64,000 nt of DNA from a virus, in the IMG/VR virus record IMGVR_UViG_3300019889_000001, positions 5,726 to 69,725 of that record. One strand, given 5' to 3'. The translations under genes were made by a program, and so were the position numbers. How positions within the stretch are numbered: position 1 is the first letter of the stretch; each line of letters opens with the position of its first letter. A model generated the notes under the pieces. The model searched no databases and had not been told where the DNA came from. It saw nothing but the letters and a program-made list of their open reading frames with translations. Positions 57,371 through 64,000 of the stretch are shown here, piece by piece.

Positions 57371-58096
57371 TCAACTATACGAACTTGGCAAAGTCGCGTA
57401 CCCGCAGGCGACTGCTCCTGCGATGGCCTCGTACTGCTCCTGCGAGTAGTACACCTCCACCTTCGGCGAGTTCGGAACAACACCCACGTTGGGGAGGTCA
57501 TTCCACGGCCCGAACACCAGGTTCGGGTTGCCTTCGACCGTGCCGGTCAACGCCACGTTGTGTTCGGTGTCGTTGAAGGTGATGGCGTCTTCGGTGAGCT
57601 TCGACTTGCCGAAGATGTAGCCCTTCCACGGCGGGTACGGGTCTTCTGGGTCGGCACATTCGCCGACGCCTTCGGCGGCGTTTTGGACGATGATCTCGAG
57701 GTACACCGACGGGGGTTTCGGGTCGTCGCATGTCGGGGCTGCGTAGCCGCCGACTGATCCGGCCCATGGCACGCCGGCGCTCGCGACCTGGGTGGTGCCG
57801 CCGAAGAGGATCTTTTTCATCTCGGGGTCGTGGAACCCGATTTCGGCGGTGAGCGTCGCCGACTCGAGGCAGCCGGGCTCGACGAAGCTGAACATGCGGG
57901 TGCCGCAGCCGTTGCGGGGCTGGATGCGCCGTTCGTCGGAATACACCGGCGTCCACGTCGCCGTGATGATGCCGGCGGTGACGAAACCGGAGTCGGGCCC
58001 GCCAACCACGGAGCAGTCCGGGTTGAGGAGGGCACCACGGATGATGCAGATGCTATGTTCTCCGAGGCAGACGCCTCCGGGGAGCGCTGACGGCAT
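57371..58096 (-). CDS. major tail protein
   Basis: IR...L..DC, NGCG, G...GNP....GPWND motifs of actinophage tail tubes. Confidence 0.8.
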   Translation of the reverse strand: MPSALPGGVCLGEHSICIIRGALLNPDCSVVGGPDSGFVTAGIITATWTPVYSDERRIQPRNGCGTRMFSFVEPGCLESATLTAEIGFHDPEMKKILFGGTTQVASAGVPWAGSVGGYAAPTCDDPKPPSVYLEIIVQNAAEGVGECADPEDPYPPWKGYIFGKSKLTEDAITFNDTEHNVALTGTVEGNPNLVFGPWNDLPNVGVVPNSPKVEVYYSQEQYEAIAGAVACGYATLPSSYS

Positions 58097-58164
58097 GATG
58101 AACTCCTAATCGAGTGAGGATCTGGTGTCATCTTGGCCTTCGGGCAGGCTCATAGGCAAACGGG

Positions 58165-58530
58165 TCAGGCGAGGTGGTCGACCTCGCACTCGAGCCCGCA
58201 GCCAATCACTGGATCGGGGTGACCTGTCGATCCGCGACGCAACAGGAGTCCATGTCTGTACGCCCAGTCGGGGTTCTCGTGGATGCTGACATGATGGCAC
58301 GACGAACACAGGTCGAGGAAATTCTCGACTACGTCGGCACCGCCCGCGGAGCGCATCCGGCGGTGATGAACGTCGGTCGCGGCACGACGTCCGCACAGTT
58401 CGCAGATGCCTCGTGAGCGGCGTCTAGCGGCGTCCTGTTGGGCCGGTTTGGTCGGGTCGGCGGCATGGAGGCGTTTACGGGGTCGCGAACGCTTCATCGG
58501 CGTCTTGCGAACAAGGGGCGTCCGCTTCAT
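58165..58530 (-). CDS. small HNH endonuclease
   Basis: RSRGICELCG...DVHHR..RSAGG...N..DLC..CH. Confidence 0.85.
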   Translation of the reverse strand: MKRTPLVRKTPMKRSRPRKRLHAADPTKPAQQDAARRRSRGICELCGRRAATDVHHRRMRSAGGADVVENFLDLCSSCHHVSIHENPDWAYRHGLLLRRGSTGHPDPVIGCGLECEVDHLA

Positions 58531-59255
58531 GCCCTGGAAAATAGCATCCAACCATCGTCTATCTCGGGAGAGAGGATCTGGGTGCCGGTGGTCTCAGGGA
58601 TCGACTGCAAAAATCGCGTCGTCCAAATGAGCTGGGAGAGATCGGGGGAGTCGGAACGGGTCGGGTCGAACGGGAGGCGGGCGTTCATGACGATGCCATA
58701 CGCGGCGGCGGACGCGACGCCGGCCGGCAGCATGTGTTCGGCGCCTGCCATGTAGGCGAAGATGTCGCAGGCAATCTCGGCTGCGGCCAAAGTCATCAAC
58801 TGGTTGCGGGGATAGCCGGATTCGACGGTGATTTCGAATGTGTTCGGCTGGGTCGATGCCCGGGCAACACGCTGACACGTCGGCCAGCTCACCGAGTTGC
58901 CGTCGGCGTTGATCCGTTCGAGGACGTACTGGCCGATCGGGTTGATGATGACCGCATACGTCCCGGGATCCACGACAGCGCCGTCGATGAGTACTTCGGT
59001 GACCGTCGGGTCGTGACCGGGGAGGTGAATGCCGAGGAGACGGCAGCAGCGGCACAGGTTGCAGGGGAGGCAGCGGCCGCGGCACGGCCGGTATGCGGCG
59101 GTGCAGCGGCCGAGCGAGGTGTCGGCAAGCATCGACAGGAAATCGGAGGCAGCGTCGAGAACGTTGTTGATGACGTCCTGGTCGGCGGGTAGATCACAAT
59201 CGCAACCCAAATCGGACTCATCAACCAAGCGCTCGCAGGCAACTTGGAGGGCCAT
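58527..59255 (-). CDS. head-tail adaptor protein
   Basis: AASDFL..L....G.C...YRPC, VLIDG, SWPTCQ. Confidence 0.75.
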   Translation of the reverse strand: MALQVACERLVDESDLGCDCDLPADQDVINNVLDAASDFLSMLADTSLGRCTAAYRPCRGRCLPCNLCRCCRLLGIHLPGHDPTVTEVLIDGAVVDPGTYAVIINPIGQYVLERINADGNSVSWPTCQRVARASTQPNTFEITVESGYPRNQLMTLAAAEIACDIFAYMAGAEHMLPAGVASAAAYGIVMNARLPFDPTRSDSPDLSQLIWTTRFLQSIPETTGTQILSPEIDDGWMLFSRA

Positions 59256-59256
59256 G

Positions 59257-60048
59257 TCAGGTAACCGTAGCCCTAACGCTGTGCAGTGGGTTGAATGCGA
59301 CGACGCCGTAGCGCTGCCAGATGCCGAGCAACGTGTTCGTGGTCCGGTCGAGGTGTCCTTCACCGGTCACCATCTTCGGGGCCGTCAGCGAGTAGGCGAT
59401 GGAACCAGTGCCGAACAGATGGTCGTTCAGTCCGTGACCGGAGTCGGAGATGACTCGGTGACCGGCGGGAGACGACAGTTCGCCGTCGCGCAGGAACACG
59501 GCGCTGTGGTCAAACGCGGCGGCGAGGAGACGCAGCGGCACGAAGATGTGACCGCGGGCGTTCGCGATCCGATCGCCGAGCCCGTCTTCAATCAATCCCA
59601 TCGCGTCGGCGATGTCGGTGCCGGCGCCGAGCAACGTCGAGTCGTCGAGGAGGTTCAGGTGGTCGGGCGTGATCTGGGTGGTGATCGCGAGGGTCAGCGC
59701 CGCAGAGCGGGTCAGTTCTTCGTCGGCGAGAAGCATCCGGTTCAGCTCCGGCATTTCCAAGCCGCCGATCGTGGAGCATTGGAGCATGTCGAATGACGAG
59801 AACGGCATCGTCTCTTCGGTGTCGAGGTTGATTTCGCGGGTGTCGATCGCCTCCTCGACATCGCAGTCAACAGGAACCGCGTTCGGGGTGAGCGCGTTGC
59901 GCACGATCCACTTCGCGCCGAAGCCGGTGCGGTCGATGTCTCCGCGCATCATGTCGACCTCGGAGACGACCTGGGTGAACAGGCCCCAGGGGCGCAGCTC
60001 GAGGCGCGGCAGGAAAATCTCCGGGCCGAGTGTGCTCACTGTTGGCAT
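59257..60048 (-). CDS. virion protein following MCP (minor capsid/decoration)
   Basis: Position; SPAGHRVI.DSG. Confidence 0.6.
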   Translation of the reverse strand: MPTVSTLGPEIFLPRLELRPWGLFTQVVSEVDMMRGDIDRTGFGAKWIVRNALTPNAVPVDCDVEEAIDTREINLDTEETMPFSSFDMLQCSTIGGLEMPELNRMLLADEELTRSAALTLAITTQITPDHLNLLDDSTLLGAGTDIADAMGLIEDGLGDRIANARGHIFVPLRLLAAAFDHSAVFLRDGELSSPAGHRVISDSGHGLNDHLFGTGSIAYSLTAPKMVTGEGHLDRTTNTLLGIWQRYGVVAFNPLHSVRATVT

Positions 60049-60068
60049 GTCGTGTCTCCTTGAACGTC

Positions 60069-60108
60069 TGAGGCCCCAGCCCCGTCATTTGCCGGGACTG
60101 GGGCCTCA
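60069..60108 (-). terminator. stable hairpin downstream of MCP
   Basis: TGAGGCCCCAG...CTGGGGCCTCA. Confidence 0.65.
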
Positions 60109-60129
60109 TGGTAGATGGTGGAGGTGGGG

Positions 60130-61776
60130 TTAGGCGGCTTCCTCGCCGGCGCAGTCGAGGGCGACGTCAGCGATCTGGGCGCCGTTGTAACACAATCCCT
60201 CGAAGTGGAGGATGTGGGCCGGACACGACATCGTGTCGACGACGCCCTCGTAGTTCTCGACGAAGAACGTGAACTGGTTCTTCTTCAGCTCGGTGGTGTC
60301 CCGGTAGTAGTTGTTGCCGGTGACGCCGATCTGGAGGGCGGCGCGGTCGATCATCGCGTACTTGCCGATCGGGGCGAGCAGGATGTCGGCCTCGGACGGC
60401 AGTGGCGACAGGGTGCCGAGCAGTCCGGCCGACGGGTTGCCGGCGAACGTCAGGTCGGGCGGCGGCGTACCCCATGAGCCGGTTTCCAGCGTCCACGTCA
60501 TGTTCACACCTTCAGAGACGAACAAGGCGTTGATCTGGGCCTCTGAGGCCAGTTCCCAGGCCCCGTCGCGGCGGCGACGGGACTGGTCGATGCGCATGGC
60601 GTTCAGCAGCCACCGGTGCGACCAGCCGTTCATCGGCTCGTCGTCCCAGCGCTCCAACTCCCGACGCAACGTCAGGTAGTTGAGGATCTGCGTCGTGACC
60701 GACACCGTCGCTCCGTAGCCGAGGGTCTGCGCGTTGATCGTGGCGACTCCGGCGCCCATGGCGTCGAGAAGCTGCCGTTCGGCGAGGCGGGCCCGGGAGG
60801 CGAGACCGCGATTCAGGAAGGCGGCCACCAACTCGGGGTAGGTGAGCGCCGTCCAATTCTTGATGGTCAGGCACCAATAAACCGCGTACATGAGGAAGTC
60901 CTCAGGCGTGCCGCATTCGATGACGTCGCACGGCTTGACGGCCTCCGGGTCGTCGTCGTCTTCGTGGGTCCAGATCCCGGCCTGCGACACGTCGGACAGC
61001 GATGGGGATGACATCGTCGTCACGCCACCGCGGGGCGCCTGGAAGCCGGGGAGGGAGGCGGCGACGGGCCGGCGCAGCGTGTTCTCACATGCCAGGCCGT
61101 AGTACGGCGTCAGCGGCGCACACAGCGCGGCGGTGATCTCCTGGTCGAACCCGAGGTTCTCGAGGAGACGCATGTTGGCGATCGGGTCGGCGCCGAGCTG
61201 GCGTTCGAGGGGGTAGTTCCCTTCGATGACGCCGACCTCGAACTTCTCGTTCGTCGACGGGTTGATTCTCGTCGCCCGATCGTGCAGGGCGTGGGCGACC
61301 TGGTCCCAATCTTCGAACGAGTCGCCGGCGGAGAGTCCGGCGACGCCGTCACGGGCGAGGATGATGTCGGGCGTCAGACCGGAGGCCGGGGCCGTCGTCG
61401 CGCCGGTGGCCGTGCCGACCGGGGCTGGCGCGCCGACCGTCGCGAGTTCGGCGGCGGGGGCTGCGGCGGGCTCGGTGGGAGTCGCCGCGTCGCCTCCATC
61501 TTCCCCGTCGTCACCTTCGGGCGTCTCGGGCTCCACTTCGGGCTCGACCGGGTCGCCATCCTCGGACATGTCCGCAGCAAGCGCCGCGTCCTCGTCGAGA
61601 GCGGTGGCCTCACCGAAGATTTCGGCGGCAAGTGTGCTGGCGCGCCGGGCGTTGTCGCGGAAGTCGTCACCGCGCTCGGCGAGCTGGGCACGGGCGTAGG
61701 CCCGCAGTTCACGGACCAGCGAGCGCAGTTCTGCACTCGTCAGGGCCGAGCGATCTTCGGGAACGTTGGGGAACAC
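60130..61776 (-). CDS. major capsid protein with N-terminal scaffold-like region
   Basis: ALCAPL...Y, LP.FQAPRGG, K.C..IEC...E, RD..L.K.NQF..F.E.YEG. Confidence 0.9.
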   Translation of the reverse strand: MFPNVPEDRSALTSAELRSLVRELRAYARAQLAERGDDFRDNARRASTLAAEIFGEATALDEDAALAADMSEDGDPVEPEVEPETPEGDDGEDGGDAATPTEPAAAPAAELATVGAPAPVGTATGATTAPASGLTPDIILARDGVAGLSAGDSFEDWDQVAHALHDRATRINPSTNEKFEVGVIEGNYPLERQLGADPIANMRLLENLGFDQEITAALCAPLTPYYGLACENTLRRPVAASLPGFQAPRGGVTTMSSPSLSDVSQAGIWTHEDDDDPEAVKPCDVIECGTPEDFLMYAVYWCLTIKNWTALTYPELVAAFLNRGLASRARLAERQLLDAMGAGVATINAQTLGYGATVSVTTQILNYLTLRRELERWDDEPMNGWSHRWLLNAMRIDQSRRRRDGAWELASEAQINALFVSEGVNMTWTLETGSWGTPPPDLTFAGNPSAGLLGTLSPLPSEADILLAPIGKYAMIDRAALQIGVTGNNYYRDTTELKKNQFTFFVENYEGVVDTMSCPAHILHFEGLCYNGAQIADVALDCAGEEAA

Positions 61777-61841
61777 TGTCGCCTCCAGGGCTTGGCGGGT
61801 TGATGTCCGAATCCTTACCCCTGGCGATCCTCATTGACAAG

Positions 61842-62342
61842 TCACGGTTTGGGTCGTCGGGGGCGGCGGTTGCGGGCTTGTTCCGAGCGTGTGGCCCATC
61901 GACAGTTGGCCGGCTCGTAGTTCCCGTCGGTGTTGATCCGATCGAGCGTTAGTCCTTCGGGTCGTTCGCCCATATCTTCATGGAAGTTCTGGAAGGTCAT
62001 CCAGCGCTCGCAGACCGTGATCCCTCGGCCTCCGTAGTCACGGAATTGAGGATGCTTCGCGTAGAAGCATCTCGCTTTCATGGCTTTCCAGGAACGATGC
62101 GCTCCCGACCAACTCATTCCGTGGGTGATTCTCATCGCCGCGGTCACCTCCCGTCGTCGACATCCGCAGGATGTTGTTCCGCTGTGCTTCAGGTCCGTGG
62201 CGGCGATCGCGCAGTTGACACCACAAGAGCAGAGGCACAGCCAGACGAGGGAGTTACCTCGGCGTTTACCCGTGGGTTCCAAGACTGTCAGCCGACCAAA
62301 CCGCTGTCCGGAGAGGTCTTGGGCATTGTGGTGTAGCCGCAC
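61842..62342 (-). CDS. HNH homing endonuclease-like protein
   Basis: DLSGQRFGRLTV, CLCSCG, YGGRGITVCERW, TLDRINTDGNYEP. Confidence 0.9.
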   Translation of the reverse strand: MRLHHNAQDLSGQRFGRLTVLEPTGKRRGNSLVWLCLCSCGVNCAIAATDLKHSGTTSCGCRRREVTAAMRITHGMSWSGAHRSWKAMKARCFYAKHPQFRDYGGRGITVCERWMTFQNFHEDMGERPEGLTLDRINTDGNYEPANCRWATRSEQARNRRPRRPKP

Positions 62343-62379
62343 GGCGTCACCCTATACCGTAGAAGCCTGAAGACGCTGG

Positions 62380-63816
62380 TCAGTCGCTGGCGAGAGCCAT
62401 TGGCAACTCGTCGTCCATCTCGTCGAGTTCGTCGAGATCGAGTTCGATGGCGAGCACGTCGGCCTCGATGTCGTCGGCGGTGGTCTCGTCGTCGAAAACT
62501 TGCTCTGTGGTTTCCGGCGCTGTCGCTGCGGCGGCGAGAGCCTTGCGTTGCGCGATGACACCCGCCATTTCCGACGCGGTGAGTTCCCCGCTGAACTCGG
62601 GCTCCGGGACGTCGACGACTGGGATGTCGGCACCGCGGAGGGATGCGACGAGTTCGAGGACTTCGCCGCCGTCGATGAGGGCGCCATCAGAGTTGGCGGA
62701 GAGTTCGGACCCGGGCATCTTGTAGCCGTCGACGTTGCAGGACACGATGGCGCGGAGTTCGCCGCGCTTCCAGTGACCGGACATGCGCGAGGCGCGAGCG
62801 GCGTACACCGCTTCGGGCGAAGTGCCGGGGCGGACACGGCCGGACATCCATGGTCCGAGACGGCCGTCGGTGACGCGGACATCGGCCCACGTGTTCTCGA
62901 TGCCGCCGTATGCCTTCGCGACGTCGCCGTTCAACGGCTTGTCGGGATGGCCGCCGAGCAAAAAGATGGGCCCGGTCTGCACGAGTCCGCGGTCGGTGAG
63001 GACGTGGGAGGCGTTGAAGCTGGCGTAGCTTGCCGGGCGCGGCGCGAGGACGCAGCGGTCTTCGATGCCGCCATGGCATTCACCCCAGGCGGCGAGGTGG
63101 CCGTACACCGATCCGTCGGCGTCGACGGTGCGCGGCGTGTAGTTCTCGCTTTCGGGCCGATGGAAGTCGGCCCACGCCACGGTCTCAGTGGTGGCTTCGG
63201 AGGCGGTGAGTTCGTCGAGCGCGTCGTCGAAGCCTTCGATGCGGAGACGGAGCTGGCCCATATCGAGGGGCACTTCGAGTTCGTCGGTGCCGGCGATCAG
63301 AGCCGCGGTGACTTCGTCTTCCAGGACGACGCGGGCGTCCTGGAATGCGGGGACACCGACGATGGTGGTGGCGGCGATGTTCGACTTGACGAACAGGATC
63401 TTGTCGATCGTCCAGAAGTCCTCGCCGTCGGCCGGGTCGTCCGACTTCCAGATGACCTTCGCGACGACTTCGGCGAGGTCGACGGAGTTCCCGAACAACG
63501 TCTTCGAAGCGATGAGGGGGACGAACACATCGCGGACGTGGGCGAGGTCGGCGAGCCAGCCGCGGCCGGTGACGAGACCGGTCTCGTGGAACGTGACTTC
63601 CTGGAGGGAGCCGATCGGCACTGAGCCGTCGTGACCGAAGCTTTGGGCGAACTGGGCGAAGATGGTGCGCGGCAGTTCGCGGACACCGGCGCCTTCGGAT
63701 GCGATCTCGCGTCCATCGCCGGTCTTCGAGTCGAGGAGGGCCATCTGCGGGAAGCTGACGGCACGCAACATGCCTGCGGGCTTGTCGGCAGTGAACTGCC
63801 CAAACACTCTTTTCAC
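62380..63816 (-). CDS. capsid maturation protease / scaffolding protein
   Basis: TGDGR, GHDG.V.IG, TIV.VPAF.DA, VYGHLA.WG.CH, SGHW. Confidence 0.8.
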   Translation of the reverse strand: MKRVFGQFTADKPAGMLRAVSFPQMALLDSKTGDGREIASEGAGVRELPRTIFAQFAQSFGHDGSVPIGSLQEVTFHETGLVTGRGWLADLAHVRDVFVPLIASKTLFGNSVDLAEVVAKVIWKSDDPADGEDFWTIDKILFVKSNIAATTIVGVPAFQDARVVLEDEVTAALIAGTDELEVPLDMGQLRLRIEGFDDALDELTASEATTETVAWADFHRPESENYTPRTVDADGSVYGHLAAWGECHGGIEDRCVLAPRPASYASFNASHVLTDRGLVQTGPIFLLGGHPDKPLNGDVAKAYGGIENTWADVRVTDGRLGPWMSGRVRPGTSPEAVYAARASRMSGHWKRGELRAIVSCNVDGYKMPGSELSANSDGALIDGGEVLELVASLRGADIPVVDVPEPEFSGELTASEMAGVIAQRKALAAAATAPETTEQVFDDETTADDIEADVLAIELDLDELDEMDDELPMALASD

Positions 63817-63874
63817 GGTCGTCTCCTTGGGATCTGGCGCGATGCTAGGACGCCGGTGCGCTCAAAGGCGACTA

Positions 63875-64000
63875 TCAGATCGGCTTATCCGCGTCTGGCG
63901 TGTCGTCATCCGAATCGGAGGGTGCACCCGGGTCACCTTCGCCGGGGCCGCTCGGGGCGTCGCCGGCAGGCTTGTCGGCGATGCGGCCGGTGGTGCGCGG
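63875..64000 (-). CDS. 3' end of upstream gene, probably portal
   Basis: Open frame ending PDADKPI-stop; low-complexity Pro/Asp tail; position. Confidence 0.45.
   Translation of the reverse strand, partial: PRTTGRIADKPAGDAPSGPGEGDPGAPSDSDDDTPDADKPI

Noticed and set aside
61811-61840. Sigma-A promoter for MCP (TTGTCA-N17-TAAGGA)
   Set aside because: -35 is good but -10 lacks the conserved final T, so not reported as a feature
1-64000. Integrase, repressor, DNA polymerase, primase/helicase, tRNAs
   Set aside because: No diagnostic motifs found by eye; they may lie outside the window

Overview
A 64-kb piece of a high-GC tailed phage (siphovirus-type) genome. An actinobacterial host is inferred from a WhiB-like gene, DUF1360, many leaderless TANNNT promoters and actinobacterial SOS-box-like sites. 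Positions 1-25.9 kb hold small accessory and regulatory genes around a divergent non-coding control region (about 9.3-9.9 kb). Positions 25.9-64 kb are a minus-strand late region: portal 3' end, protease/scaffold, major capsid, head-tail, tail, lysis, a glycosyl/methyltransferase cluster and, unusually last, the terminase genes. The best candidate for a new system is a solitary Cas7/RAMP-like gene (15971-16705). It sits directly after a non-CRISPR array of four CCGAC-delimited units built of (NN-CCC) pentamers (15787-15962), which may be an RNA-guided system with a non-contiguous code. Other notable features: a LAGLIDADG intein in the putative small terminase; a GGGAAAA -1 frameshift inside the TerL Walker A motif; an HNH insertion flanked by two recoded copies of a glycosyltransferase N-terminus; nine free-standing HNH genes; a split LPXTG surface protein; and tandem LexA-like boxes. 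I recognised no integrase, DNA polymerase, helicase, tRNA or canonical CRISPR array. All calls come from motif reading by eye; no searches were run. Three apparent small indels may be assembly errors.
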